A DNA stretch of 64,000 bases, taken from Candidatus Poribacteria bacterium. Its GTDB lineage: Bacteria; Poribacteria; WGA-4E; PCPOR2b. Position numbers and translations under genes: made by a program. Of the stretch, positions 1 to 10,509 are shown one piece after another. Positions within the stretch are counted from its first letter, which is position 1, and each line of letters starts with the position of its first letter. Location of the stretch: NCBI GenBank assembly GCA_965116925.1, contig OZ220744.1, positions 4,256,001 through 4,320,000 of the forward strand. Direction: 5' to 3'. The notes beneath the pieces were generated by a model that saw only the letters and a list, made by a program, of their open reading frames with translations, was not told the origin of the DNA and searched no databases.

Positions 1-406
1 GTTCAACCTCTTACAGCGAACCACCGCGTTGCACAATGTTGAATTGCCGCTCATCTACAGTGGATTGAGTCGCAAGGAACGGCGACGCAGAGCGTTTGAA
101 GCGTTGGAATCCGTCGGACTCGCGGATCGTGTTCACCATAAGTCGAATGAAATGTCGGGTGGGCAAATCCAACGTGTAGCGATTGCACGGGCACTTGTAA
201 ACAACCCGTCGATGATCTTTGCTGATGAACCGACGGGAAATCTGGACACCCGTTCTGGCGGTGAAATTATGGCGATTTTTGATGAGTTAAACGAGGCGGG
301 AAACACGATTATCATGGTCACACACGAGCCCGAAATCGCAGCACATGCTCGACGCATCCTCCACATTCGGGACGGATTGATTGAGAGAGATGAACAGATC
401 GGGTGA
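1..406 (+). CDS. ABC transporter ATP-binding protein (LolD/MacB-like), 5'-truncated by window edge
   Basis: Signature [15 protein letters not shown], Walker B/D-loop [12 protein letters not shown]-loop VTHE. Confidence 0.9.
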   Translation, partial: FNLLQRTTALHNVELPLIYSGLSRKERRRRAFEALESVGLADRVHHKSNEMSGGQIQRVAIARALVNNPSMIFADEPTGNLDTRSGGEIMAIFDELNEAGNTIIMVTHEPEIAAHARRILHIRDGLIERDEQIG

Positions 407-1422
407 TGGACACATCGGCACATACCTCCCGTGAACGAATGAACACTAACGGCAGCAACTCGGTCACAATCAGAACACCCGCACGGCTCCACTTTGCCCT
501 CATCGATCTCAACGGCTCACTGAACAGGATTGACGGGAGCATTGGTCTTGCAATCAATGACCCACATTTTGAAATTATCGCTGAACCGGCAGATCAGATC
601 CAAATTGAGTCTATCCGGTACGAGGAGCGGGCGCGAGCCCTCCTTGAAAAGCTGCGGGTAAAATACAGTTTCCCGGGCATCCACCTTCAACTCACTTCCG
701 AAATCCCGCCACATTCTGGATTTGGCTCCGGGACACAACTCGCTTTAGGTCTTGCCCAAGCGGTGAATACGCTTTACAACCTAAATTTGAGCGTAGCAGA
801 TTTAGCAGAAACCGTTGGGCGTGGCGGAACATCAGGGATCGGCATTACTGCCTTTGAACGGGGCGGGTTTATCCTTGATGGTGGACACCGTTTCCCCGAT
901 CAGAAATCCTCTTTTTTGCCCTCCTCCGCAGCGGGTAACGTTCCTGCACCACCGCTTCTCCTCCGTCATCCCTTCCCGGATTGGGAATTGCTCATTGTCG
1001 TTCCACGCTGTACGCATATCTCTGGCGAGACAGAAATTCAGCTTTTCAAAACCCTCTGTCCCCAACCTCGATCTACCGCCGAACAACTCTCTCACCTCAT
1101 CCTCCTTCAATTATTGCCGGCAATCTTTGAAGCGGACCGCCACACCTTTGGATCCGCGATTAATGAGGTTCAGACCTTGGGCTGGAAGAAGGTCGAGATT
1201 GATGCCCAAGGCGGCATTCTGCAACGGACACTTGACTTTTTACGGGACAACGGCGCAGCAGGGGCGGGAGTAAGCAGTTGGGGACCGGCAATTTTTGCCA
1301 TTGGGAATGACCTCCCTGCCTTAAAAGAGAAGACAGAGATGTTCCTTCAAACGCTGCCGGAAGGTGGAACCTGTTTTATCACAAGCGCGAACAACCGGGG
1401 CGCGGCAGTTACCGTCGCTTAG
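403..1422 (+). CDS. Beta-ribofuranosylaminobenzene 5'-phosphate (beta-RFAP) synthase family, GHMP kinase fold
   Basis: [54 protein letters not shown] motifs typical of RFAP synthases; exact start uncertain (403/406/439). Confidence 0.85.
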   Translation: MMDTSAHTSRERMNTNGSNSVTIRTPARLHFALIDLNGSLNRIDGSIGLAINDPHFEIIAEPADQIQIESIRYEERARALLEKLRVKYSFPGIHLQLTSEIPPHSGFGSGTQLALGLAQAVNTLYNLNLSVADLAETVGRGGTSGIGITAFERGGFILDGGHRFPDQKSSFLPSSAAGNVPAPPLLLRHPFPDWELLIVVPRCTHISGETEIQLFKTLCPQPRSTAEQLSHLILLQLLPAIFEADRHTFGSAINEVQTLGWKKVEIDAQGGILQRTLDFLRDNGAAGAGVSSWGPAIFAIGNDLPALKEKTEMFLQTLPEGGTCFITSANNRGAAVTVA

Positions 1423-1434
1423 GTTTCATGTTTC

Positions 1435-2322
1435 CTACACGAGAATCTCAGTTCCGACACCCGATTGCGTAAACACCTCCAGCAAAATTGCGTGGCTAAC
1501 TCGACCATCAATAATATGCGTTTTCCACACCTCGCCATTGAGGGCCCTCACGCATGCTTCGACTTTCGGTAACATCCCTGAGCCAATCACCCCATCGGCA
1601 ATTAACCCTTCAATTTCGTCTGTTCTTATTCTTGATATTAATGAGGATTCATCGTGCAAATCTCGTAAGATACCGCGTTGATCCGTCAGCAGAATTAGTT
1701 TCTCCGCCTGCAGGGCAGCGGCTATCTCTCCTGCCATCGTATCCGCGTTGACGTTATACGTGCAATCATCATCTCCCACACCGTTTGGCGCGATTACCGG
1801 AATATAACCCTCCCGATCCAAGGCAAAAAGTATATCTGGCTTAACACCGACAATCTCCCCGACAAAACCGATGTCCACGGAGGTGGTCTTTCCGCTTTCA
1901 TCAACAACCTGCGGACAATGCTTCTGCACGCGGATAAGGTTCGCATCCTTTCCACAAAGCCCAACCGCTTTCCCGCCGTGCAGGTTAATCAGTGAGACAA
2001 TTTCTTTGTTGATTACCCCCGCGAGAACCATTTCAGCGATTTCAACGGTTTCCGCATCGGTGACCCGCAAGCCTTGTACAAACTCTGCTTCCTTGCCGAC
2101 TCGCCGCATCCAATCACTAATCTGGTTGCCGCCGCCGTGTACGATAACGGGGTTCATGCCGATATACTTCATCAACACGACATCCTGCATCACACTGTGT
2201 TTGAGTGAGTCATTCTCCATTGCAGCACCACCGTATTTAATCACGATGGTTTTTCCAGCGAAAGTCTGAATGTAGGGCAACGCCTCGATTAAGATTTCTG
2301 CTTTTCTGACCAATTCATCCAT
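1435..2322 (-). CDS. argB: Acetylglutamate kinase
   Basis: EALPYI, VIKYGGAAM, VHGGG, GLRVTD, YNVNAD, GMLPKV motifs; start taken at MDELVRK. Confidence 0.95.
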   Translation of the reverse strand: MDELVRKAEILIEALPYIQTFAGKTIVIKYGGAAMENDSLKHSVMQDVVLMKYIGMNPVIVHGGGNQISDWMRRVGKEAEFVQGLRVTDAETVEIAEMVLAGVINKEIVSLINLHGGKAVGLCGKDANLIRVQKHCPQVVDESGKTTSVDIGFVGEIVGVKPDILFALDREGYIPVIAPNGVGDDDCTYNVNADTMAGEIAAALQAEKLILLTDQRGILRDLHDESSLISRIRTDEIEGLIADGVIGSGMLPKVEACVRALNGEVWKTHIIDGRVSHAILLEVFTQSGVGTEILV

Positions 2323-2465
2323 TGCGGACCTCCTGTCTTTTGGTTTCACCGCCTTACGCTATTGATATTGAGTTATCCTTCTTGATTCTGGGCACATTTT
2401 ACCACCAAATGTAACCATTGTAAAGAAGCGCAAAATGAAACGTGTAGATACCATTCCACATTTGT

Positions 2466-3263
2466 CTATTGCCAGCCGATAAGCCTTAAATACCAGCTCC
2501 AGATTTCATTTCCCCAAAATAGATCCAGGGTTGCACCAATTACGAGAAAAGGACCGTAAGGTATTCGACTTCCACCGCCACTTTTTTTTCCGAGCGCGAT
2601 AAGGCACAATCCGATGATTGAGCCTGTAAAAGCGGAAGCCATAATCACAATCAGCAGATGGGGCCAGCCCCCCAGAAACAGTCCAACTAAGATCATCAAT
2701 TTGATGTCTCCGCCGCCCATCGCTTTTTTGCGAAAAAGAAACGTTCCCACAACCGCGATTAACGCCATTGAGGCACCGCCTGCTACTGCTCCGATGAGGT
2801 GATCAATCAGATAGCTCGGATTGTGACGGGTCAACGCAATGAGGAAAGTTAGTGCGGTGCCAGTAATCAGCCCAACAAGGATAATGGCGTTCGGAATGAT
2901 GTACCATCGCGCATCAATCCAAGCGATAGGTATTACTATACTGATGAACAGACAACTGTGCAAAAGTGTGAGTGTCGGTCCGAATTGATACAGTGAGAAC
3001 AGAAACAGGATACCTGTCATTAGTTCGACTAGTGGGTAGCTCCTTGAGATTGCCGCGTCGCAGTGGCGACAACGTCCTCTCAGGAAAAGGTAGCTCAGGA
3101 CTGGGATGTTATCGTAGAAGCGAATCGGCGTACGACATTCGGGGCAAAAGGAGCGGCGTGGAGAGTGAATAGAGAGGCCTTGAGGGAGGCGGTAGATACA
3201 CACATTCAAGAAACTGCCGATCACTAATCCAAGCGCAAAGATGAGGATGGACATCGCTATCAT
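2466..3263 (-). CDS. pilD: Prepilin peptidase (A24 family, PilD-like)
   Basis: GSFLNVCIYRLP, CxxC...GRCxxC Zn motif, MGGGDIKL, IPYGPFL, multiple TM segments. Confidence 0.9.
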   Translation of the reverse strand: MIAMSILIFALGLVIGSFLNVCIYRLPQGLSIHSPRRSFCPECRTPIRFYDNIPVLSYLFLRGRCRHCDAAISRSYPLVELMTGILFLFSLYQFGPTLTLLHSCLFISIVIPIAWIDARWYIIPNAIILVGLITGTALTFLIALTRHNPSYLIDHLIGAVAGGASMALIAVVGTFLFRKKAMGGGDIKLMILVGLFLGGWPHLLIVIMASAFTGSIIGLCLIALGKKSGGGSRIPYGPFLVIGATLDLFWGNEIWSWYLRLIGWQ

Positions 3264-3333
3264 CGGTACTGCTCTCTTTCTGTGATTGTGATAGCCCAGC
3301 CATGGTCGTTGCTTTCCACTCTAGGCGAATATT

Positions 3334-4725
3334 TCACAGATTATCCGGACGCTTGATGTTAAATTTTTCCAGTTTTTTGTAGAAATTGCTGCGCTCGATT
3401 TTCAACTGTTCAGCGGTTCGCTTGATGTTCCAACTGTTTGCATTAAGGGCATTACGGATGAGATCCGCTTCAGCGTCATCAACCATTTCCAGGAGAGATT
3501 TGCCCGTTTGGAATTGGTTTTCTTGGGGAACAGTGATGGGCTCGGGTTGGGAAACGGTCTTTGGAATTGGCAGGACATTCTCTACGTCAGTCGATAGGAT
3601 AACATCTTGATTGACCATAATGAGCAGGCGTTCGACAATATTCTTTAACTCTCGTATGTTGCCGGGCCAATGGTATAATTGCAGCAGTTGAATCGCCGAT
3701 GGATCGATGACTTTAGGTGCACGTGCGCTGTCCTTATGAAACCGTTCGACAAAATGCTTCACCAACACTGGCAAATCATCCGTGCGATCGCGGAGGGGAG
3801 GGACAGTAATCGGGACCACGCTCAGTCGATAGTAGAGATCCTGCCGAAACCTCCCTTCTTCAATTTCTCGCTCAAGGTTTTTATTCGTTGCAGCAATAAT
3901 CCGAACATCCACGTGAATTGTTTGCGTTCCGCCGAGGCGTTCTAGTTCACCGTATTCCAGTACGCGCAGCACTTTCGCCTGTGCTTTCAAACTCATATCG
4001 CCAATTTCATCGAGGAACAGTGCGCTGCCATCAGCAAGTTCAAATTTCCCCTGTCGTCGTACCGTTGCACCGGTGAAGGCACCACGTTCATGTCCAAACA
4101 GTTCGCTTTCAATCAGTTCCTCCGGCAATGCTGCACAGTTGAGCCGAATAAGCGGCTTTCGGCTGCGTTGGCTCTGCTTATGGATCGCATTGGCAACTAG
4201 TTCTTTGCCGGTGCCGTTTTCTCCTGTGATCAGTACACCCAAATTGCTTGATGCTACTTGACTAACCTGCGATCGGAGTTGTTGCATTGCAACGCTCTCT
4301 CCAACCATTTCGTCTTGAGCACCTATCTGCTCTTTCAGTGCCTCATTTTCCTGTGACAGGCGCGAAAGTTCTAGAAAGGGTTCAATAGCGTATACGATTT
4401 CATCAATACCAGCGGGTTTTGTCAGGTAACGTCTCGCCCCCAACTCCATCGTTTTAACCGCCGTTTCAATCTCTTTCTGCGCGGACATCATCACAACGTT
4501 CAACTGTGGTTTAATCTGCCGCAGACGGGTCAGGGTCTCAACGCCATCTATACCGCCCGGCATCAGGATGTCTAGCAGCACCAAATCGACCGTTTTCGAC
4601 GCGCACAGCTGCAGTGCTTCCTCACCACTCGAAGCTGTTAGCGTGTCGTAGCCTTCCGATTCTAACGCTTGCGCGAGCATCTTTGAAGCATTTTCTTCGT
4701 CATCAACAATGAGAATAGTAGCCAT
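3334..4725 (-). CDS. Sigma-54-dependent response regulator (NtrC/NtrX family)
   Basis: Receiver domain (ILIVDDE, LLDILMP), GENGTGKE, ESELFGHERGAFTGA, WPGNIREL, C-terminal Fis-type HTH. Confidence 0.95.
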   Translation of the reverse strand: MATILIVDDEENASKMLAQALESEGYDTLTASSGEEALQLCASKTVDLVLLDILMPGGIDGVETLTRLRQIKPQLNVVMMSAQKEIETAVKTMELGARRYLTKPAGIDEIVYAIEPFLELSRLSQENEALKEQIGAQDEMVGESVAMQQLRSQVSQVASSNLGVLITGENGTGKELVANAIHKQSQRSRKPLIRLNCAALPEELIESELFGHERGAFTGATVRRQGKFELADGSALFLDEIGDMSLKAQAKVLRVLEYGELERLGGTQTIHVDVRIIAATNKNLEREIEEGRFRQDLYYRLSVVPITVPPLRDRTDDLPVLVKHFVERFHKDSARAPKVIDPSAIQLLQLYHWPGNIRELKNIVERLLIMVNQDVILSTDVENVLPIPKTVSQPEPITVPQENQFQTGKSLLEMVDDAEADLIRNALNANSWNIKRTAEQLKIERSNFYKKLEKFNIKRPDNL

Positions 4726-4739
4726 AATTTTGTAGTTAT

Positions 4740-4796
4740 AAATAAGATTACATCACCGCGTTTGTAGGTCGGATTTTGCCTCATCATAGTTGTCAT
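4740..4796 (-). pseudogene. Vestigial N-terminus of a PemK/MazF-like toxin
   Basis: Overlapping frame reads MTTMMRQNPTYKRGDVIL, then runs out of frame into the NtrC gene start. Confidence 0.5.
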
Positions 4797-5013
4797 AGAC
4801 ATTCATCTCAGGGCTTTCCCAGTCTTCTGCAAAGGCTGCTAACTGTGCCCGCCAAGCTGCTGCCTGCGCCTGATCAATGCCACGTTCCTGCAAATCTACA
4901 GAATGAGATGGCAGAAAGGTTACAATAACGGGGGTGCCATCACACACATCACGGGGTGTCTTTGAGAATTCAATTTTACCATTGCGATATACGCCTTCAA
5001 TAGTTGTAAGCAT
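4753..5013 (-). CDS. Small antitoxin-like protein (DUF104/AF2212-like N-terminus)
   Basis: MLTTIEGVYRNGKIE start and FAEDWESPEMNVYD tail resemble antitoxins upstream of PemK/MazF toxins. Confidence 0.55.
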   Translation of the reverse strand: MLTTIEGVYRNGKIEFSKTPRDVCDGTPVIVTFLPSHSVDLQERGIDQAQAAAWRAQLAAFAEDWESPEMNVYDNYDEAKSDLQTR

Positions 5014-5067
5014 GGGTATTGCTCCTAATTTTTTGGTATTGCTATAACCTGTCACTCCGATCGAAGT

Positions 5068-6189
5068 CTACTTCCGTTCTTCTATCGACACAAACGATTT
5101 TGGTTCGGGACCGATGTAATCTGCCCGTGGACGGATCAGCCGGTTATCGGCTCTTTGCTCAATGACATGGGCAGCCCAACCGGTGATTCGCGACATCACG
5201 AAGATGGGGGTGAACATCGGTGTCGGGATACCGCACAGATGATAGGCGGAGGCACTGTAGAAATCGAGGTTCGGGAACAACTTCTTTTCCCGCCACATCA
5301 CCCCCTCAATGCGTTCAGAGATCTCGTACGGCAACCTATCTCCGCTCGATTCGGAGAGTTTCTGTGACCAACTTTTAATAATATCGGAGCGTGGGTCGGA
5401 AATTTTGTAAACGCGGTGACCAAAGCCCATGATTAACTGTTTCTGTTCAAGCATATCTAGAATAGCGGTTTCGGCTTCGTCCGGTGTCTGAAATTGTTCG
5501 ATTAGTTCCATCGCCGCTTCGTTTGCACCGCCGTGCAGGGGACCACGCAACGTTCCGATAGCTCCAACAATCGCGGAGTAGAAATCGGATAGGGTGGAGG
5601 TTGCGACCCGCGCCGCAAATGTCGAAGCGTTAAATTCATGCTCTGCATAAAGGATTAACGACACATCAACGGCTCTGCGTTTCAGTTCGTCCGGTTGCTC
5701 CCCATGCAGCAGACGCAGAAAGTGACCGGCGGCGGTTTCATCGTCCGCTTCGACATCAATCCGTTTGCCGCTCGTGTGGAAATGGTGCCAGTAGAGCAGC
5801 ATTGAACCGAAACAGCCAGTCAGCCTGTCCGCAATGTGAATCGGATCGCCTTCGCTGCTTTCACTCTCCATCGTTCCCAAGGCTGAACAGCCGGTACGCA
5901 GAACGTCCATCGGATGGGCATCCCCCGGTACTTGCTCAAGTACTATTTTCAGCCCAGCCGGTAGACCGCGCAATTCCATCAGCTTCTTTTTATAGCTATC
6001 AAGTTCGGTTTGTGTCGGCAATTTGCCGTGGATCAGCAGGTAGGCTGTCTCTTCAAAAGTAGCATGTTCCGCTAAATCGTGAATGGAATACCCACGATAG
6101 GTGAGTCCAACGCCCTCTTTTCCTACCGTAGCGATTGCGGTTTCGCCTGCTATCACGCCGGCTAATCCCCCAGTGCTTTTAGATTGCAT
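5068..6189 (-). CDS. prpC: 2-methylcitrate synthase
   Basis: GLAGVIAGETAI, LTYRGY, YAEHEFNASTF, GPLHGGANE, MGFGHRVY, FPNLDF; adjacent to prpB. Confidence 0.92.
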   Translation of the reverse strand: MQSKSTGGLAGVIAGETAIATVGKEGVGLTYRGYSIHDLAEHATFEETAYLLIHGKLPTQTELDSYKKKLMELRGLPAGLKIVLEQVPGDAHPMDVLRTGCSALGTMESESSEGDPIHIADRLTGCFGSMLLYWHHFHTSGKRIDVEADDETAAGHFLRLLHGEQPDELKRRAVDVSLILYAEHEFNASTFAARVATSTLSDFYSAIVGAIGTLRGPLHGGANEAAMELIEQFQTPDEAETAILDMLEQKQLIMGFGHRVYKISDPRSDIIKSWSQKLSESSGDRLPYEISERIEGVMWREKKLFPNLDFYSASAYHLCGIPTPMFTPIFVMSRITGWAAHVIEQRADNRLIRPRADYIGPEPKSFVSIEERK

Positions 6190-6231
6190 CGGTTTCCTCC
6201 TCTGTTAATTTAGTGGGAACTGTTGGAAGCG

Positions 6232-7125
6232 TTAATCTTTTTCCCGATCCGCGTTCAAGAGTTGATCGAGTTTGCGTTCATATTCGTGGTAGTCTAGGAA
6301 GTCATACAATTCCGCCCGCGTCTGCATGGTATGGACCACGGCCTTTTGTGTGCCTTCGCGGCGCAACGTCTGATACACATTGAGCGCAGCCGCACTCATA
6401 GCGCGGAATGCCGATAGCGGATAAAGCACGAGACTGACCCCAGCAGCCTTGAGTTCCTCTATCGTGTAAAGCGGTGTTTTACCAAACTCTGTGATATTCG
6501 CCAGTATGGGAACGTCCACCGCATTTGCAAACTTTCGGTACTGATTCAGTTCCGTCAAGGCTTCAGCAAAGATCATGTCCGCACCCGCTTCCACGTAACG
6601 ACAACTGCGGTCAATAGCTCCATTTAACCCCTCAACAGCGGCAGCATCCGTCCGCGCCATCACGACGAAGTCCGGATCTGTTTTAGCATCGGCAGCGGCT
6701 TTCATCCGATCAACCATCTCCGCTGCGCTCACTATCTCCTTGTTCGGACGGTGACCACAACGTTTTGCCTGCACCTGATCCTCAATATGCACGCCGGCGG
6801 CACCCGCCCGGATCATCTGGCGGATGGTTTTGGCGATCATAAACGCATTCCCCCAGCCAGTGTCAGCGTCGACGAGCAGCGGAAGTTCTGTGGTGTTGGC
6901 GATACGACGCACATCTTCCAGCACATCGTTCAGGGTGGTCATCCCTATATCTGGCAGCCCGTAAGAAGCGTTCGCCACGCCCCCACCCGAAAGATAGATC
7001 GATCGGAACCCTACGCGCTCCGCCATCAACGCTGAATATGCGTTAATCGTACCGACAACTTGCAAAGGGTTTTCTATCGCCAGTGCATCACGTAAACGAC
7101 GCCCAGCAGAGGATGTATGACTCAT
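6232..7125 (-). CDS. prpB: Methylisocitrate lyase
   Basis: [51 protein letters not shown]. Confidence 0.95.
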   Translation of the reverse strand: MSHTSSAGRRLRDALAIENPLQVVGTINAYSALMAERVGFRSIYLSGGGVANASYGLPDIGMTTLNDVLEDVRRIANTTELPLLVDADTGWGNAFMIAKTIRQMIRAGAAGVHIEDQVQAKRCGHRPNKEIVSAAEMVDRMKAAADAKTDPDFVVMARTDAAAVEGLNGAIDRSCRYVEAGADMIFAEALTELNQYRKFANAVDVPILANITEFGKTPLYTIEELKAAGVSLVLYPLSAFRAMSAAALNVYQTLRREGTQKAVVHTMQTRAELYDFLDYHEYERKLDQLLNADREKD

Positions 7126-7137
7126 TTCTGACCTCTT

Positions 7138-8583
7138 TTACTCGATCCAGAACGAGAAGAGACGCGCTTGGCGCAGATAGAACTTCAGGCGCACCGGCTT
7201 CTCGAATACCAAGTCGTGTGGGTATTTCCACCGAATCTTCGCTTTGGTGCTGTCGCCGGTAAACGGCGGCGGTTCCTCTCCCGGCACCCAGAATCCCTCA
7301 TGGGGTCGCTGCGTCTCTGCATCGACAATCTCGCTATAGATTTCACCCCAAGTCGCGTCCGCATTGATGTAGACATCTTCGCCCTTCAGTTCAAACGGTT
7401 TTGTGACAATTGTGCCGCATTCACCGCCGTCGAGCGAAACGAAGCCGTCGGGTCGTAGCTTGGCAAGGCTCAACGCACCGGTATCTTCAAAGTGTTCAGG
7501 CTTGACATTCAGCCGAAACAGCTCCTTGGCACGGTTGAACTCTTTATACCGTTCGATATTTGAAGGCATACGCAGGGCGTTGTAGTAGCACCAGATCTCA
7601 CCGTCCTCACGCACGATGGGATGCCCTGCCATCAGGAGTTGGCTGCAGCCGTAATTTTCGCCATCAAACGGTTCAATTTCGATGAACAACTTGCGATCGG
7701 CAACGCGTTCCCAGTGATGGAGGTCCCGCGAAGCTGTCAACTCAATCTGGTTGATGCGGGTGTAGTTTGTCGCCGGCGGGGGAACGGCACCGAAGGGATT
7801 GAATATGGTCGGAAAACCGATATAGAACCCTTGATACGGCAGGACCGCCATGTTGTAACACTCTGCGATATAGTCCTCGTCGTCGATGATGGGTGGGGTG
7901 ATATATGCGGGGTCTTCAATAATTTTGCGGACACGGCGGCGGCGATTCTCCCGGTCGGTTTCGTCGGTGTGGAAAATTAGCTCAGGCTCAGAAAAGGTGT
8001 TGAAGTCTGAACTGGCGGAGAGCCACACGGAACGTCCCCACTCCGTACTCAACTTGACCATGGCGAGAAACTGGTTTGATTGGTGGTCGTGCGTAAACTG
8101 AGACTCGTCTTGGCTAGGGATGGGAGGCGTATCAACGAGGGTCCAATCAAATCCATCTGGCGACACAGCAGGATGGCGGTTGTGGGCACCGAATAAGCAC
8201 TTATAGCGGCGTCCGGGATCTGGATCCATCTCATCGCGTATCACATGATACGGGCGTCCCGGTCCCTTATACCCCGGGTCAAAGGCAATGTTGTTATCCT
8301 TGGAGCCGTTCGATTCATGTAACCCCAGAGAAGGTTTTTCCCAATGTTCGCCGTCTTCGGAAATCGCGTAGTATGCGTGCTCACCGAAGTACCACCATTC
8401 CCACAGTTTCTTCTCCGAATTCCATTGCGGACAAGATCGACTCTGAACCCCCACCCCGTTGATGACCGGTCCCCACTTCTTTGGGGAGTGCAGGGTACGG
8501 GTGGTACTTTTCATGCTTTCTAACGCGAAGTCGTCTAGGAAAAGCTGGCGGTGTTTCTTAGGATTGATCATGTCGGGATGCAC
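7138..8583 (-). CDS. Hypothetical glycoside-hydrolase-like beta-propeller protein (GH32/GH43-like)
   Basis: RQLFLDD, Asp-box-like SEDGEHW/SPDGFDW/SRDLHHW repeats, C-terminal LRPDGFVSL; GTG start at 8583 with AAGGAG RBS. Confidence 0.6.
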   Translation of the reverse strand: MHPDMINPKKHRQLFLDDFALESMKSTTRTLHSPKKWGPVINGVGVQSRSCPQWNSEKKLWEWWYFGEHAYYAISEDGEHWEKPSLGLHESNGSKDNNIAFDPGYKGPGRPYHVIRDEMDPDPGRRYKCLFGAHNRHPAVSPDGFDWTLVDTPPIPSQDESQFTHDHQSNQFLAMVKLSTEWGRSVWLSASSDFNTFSEPELIFHTDETDRENRRRRVRKIIEDPAYITPPIIDDEDYIAECYNMAVLPYQGFYIGFPTIFNPFGAVPPPATNYTRINQIELTASRDLHHWERVADRKLFIEIEPFDGENYGCSQLLMAGHPIVREDGEIWCYYNALRMPSNIERYKEFNRAKELFRLNVKPEHFEDTGALSLAKLRPDGFVSLDGGECGTIVTKPFELKGEDVYINADATWGEIYSEIVDAETQRPHEGFWVPGEEPPPFTGDSTKAKIRWKYPHDLVFEKPVRLKFYLRQARLFSFWIE

Positions 8584-8602
8584 TAGCGTTTCTCCTTTGC
8601 TA

Positions 8603-9475
8603 TTATACGGTTCGGTTGTCCAATGAATATTCACGGTTGCCCTCAGGACCCCCGCCAATTGCCCACGTCCCACGGAAGAGGGACTGTCGCTTGGACGGCA
8701 TCGCTGCGATCGTTTCGTGGCTCAGGTTGAGCCTGTGCCACTGCGCCCATATTGAGTTATAACAGTTAAAGACGGCACAGCGTGGATTGTCAGGATTGGT
8801 CCAATCGTTCGCCGCGTGGACGAGGCTTTCCGTGAAGATAACCACTGAACCCGGCGGGCAGCTGTAGTCCTCCATTATCGCTCTCATGCTCATCTCCCAT
8901 GGCGAATCGCTGATATTTGGGCGGTACGGGTCTGGACCTCCGTAGTTGAAATGTGCTTTGTGCGACCCACTGAGGAAGGAGGTGCCTCCGGTGCCTGCTT
9001 TTACCTCTTCAAGCTCCCACACCACCCGCGTAAGCCCAGCGAATATCTTACTGCCCGCAACCTGATATCGCATGGCGTTGGCTTGCTGCGGCGGACGCAC
9101 GACGTGCGGCAGCCCCCCGTCGCCTCGCTCCGACTTACTCCATCCCGGTGGCCTGACGGTGGTGAAGGAGCCTTCGCATCGGAAACCGTAGCAATCGTCT
9201 TTCACAAACGGATCCTCGGACAAGATTTCATTCAGAATACCTACGATTGCCGGATGATCGAGTAGTTTCTGGAGTGCGCCTTCATAGCTTTGTCTGGCAC
9301 CGGCATACACCTCTTCCTTCGTTTCTTCGATTTCATCCTCTGACAGCACGGCGGGCAGGAGTATCCATCCGCGGAGGTCGAAGAAGAACTTCTGTTCTGG
9401 GGTCATGGGCACCGGTGCGTCAGTAGTGATGCCGTGGGTATCTTTTGTCTCTATGGTCTGCTTTGATGGAGTCAT
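8603..9475 (-). CDS. PhyH-family Fe(II)/2-oxoglutarate dioxygenase-like protein (non-canonical metal motif)
   Basis: QKFFFDLRGWILL, GGTSFLSGSHK, PPGSVVIFTESLVH, distal R; HxD replaced by HVV. Confidence 0.75.
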   Translation of the reverse strand: MTPSKQTIETKDTHGITTDAPVPMTPEQKFFFDLRGWILLPAVLSEDEIEETKEEVYAGARQSYEGALQKLLDHPAIVGILNEILSEDPFVKDDCYGFRCEGSFTTVRPPGWSKSERGDGGLPHVVRPPQQANAMRYQVAGSKIFAGLTRVVWELEEVKAGTGGTSFLSGSHKAHFNYGGPDPYRPNISDSPWEMSMRAIMEDYSCPPGSVVIFTESLVHAANDWTNPDNPRCAVFNCYNSIWAQWHRLNLSHETIAAMPSKRQSLFRGTWAIGGGPEGNREYSLDNRTV

Positions 9476-9783
9476 TTTCTCTTATCCTTCTACATCAGTT
9501 CTTGTGGATTGTACGTAGTGCTTGTGGTAAGCGTGGGTTGGGTTGAACGCGAGTGAACCCCAACGCTGAAACATGAAGCGTGAGTAAAAAACGCGAAGCA
9601 GCATCTGACCATCTTATGGTCTTCTGAAGTCTATCACCTGAAAATAGTGAAGTCAAGCCAAAAATAGATGGACAAAATCCCACATGGATGGGAAAATATG
9701 AATGCGGCGAGACAAGAATATCCCAAATTGGTAGGGAGTCATTCATAAGCACACCTGCGTAGTGGGGAAAGGAGAGGCGACCA

Positions 9784-10317
9784 ATGCTTTATCGGCAAAA
9801 TCGCAGAGTTTTCTGGTTAGGCGGGTTGATTCTGGTAATTGTGGCGATTGCAGCAGCCAATATGGAGGGGCAAAATACCATAGCAACCGAATCGCAAAGG
9901 ACGGAAGACGTTGAGGGAGCGAAAGAGATTCGGATCCGTGGGGGTCTGGTATGTCTCGCGGAGGTGATGCACAATTTGTATCGTGCGGATCTCCCTACCG
10001 ATCACGAACACCTATACGGCTTTAAGACGACGGACGGTGTATTTTACACACTGCTGCGTACAAATCTATCGGAGGCGTTGTTTGTCGATGAACGTTTGCA
10101 CCACAAGACGCTCATCATTACAGGGAGAACCTTTCCAAAAACGCATCTGCTCGAAGCGATTCGACTCCAATCCGTCCACGATGGGGTACTCCACGACCTC
10201 TACTACTACTGCGACACCTGTGCGATACGTGCCGCTGCGCCGGGGGATTGTGTGTGTTGTCAGGCACCCGTTGAACTGGTCGAAAAGCCGGTGAAACTCG
10301 CCCCGTTATCGGATTAG
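9784..10317 (+). CDS. Exported Cys/His-rich putative metal-binding protein
   Basis: N-terminal signal/TM segment; VCLAE, DHEH and YYCDTC...PGDCVCCQAPV motifs. Confidence 0.6.
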   Translation: MLYRQNRRVFWLGGLILVIVAIAAANMEGQNTIATESQRTEDVEGAKEIRIRGGLVCLAEVMHNLYRADLPTDHEHLYGFKTTDGVFYTLLRTNLSEALFVDERLHHKTLIITGRTFPKTHLLEAIRLQSVHDGVLHDLYYYCDTCAIRAAAPGDCVCCQAPVELVEKPVKLAPLSD

Positions 10318-10509
10318 CTTCTTTTTCCATTTGGGTGTCAAGATATGAATCTCGACCTACAGATTATCTGCTGGTATTGGACCAAGTGAGAAGGTCGGGC
10401 GAGTTGAAAGTCCTACTCTTATCGCGAGATGTCTGAGCTATGGGCGGGGCGTCTTGTTAGGTTTCGCTACGCTCAACCCAACCTACGCGTTGTCAAATGT
10501 CAGCACGCC

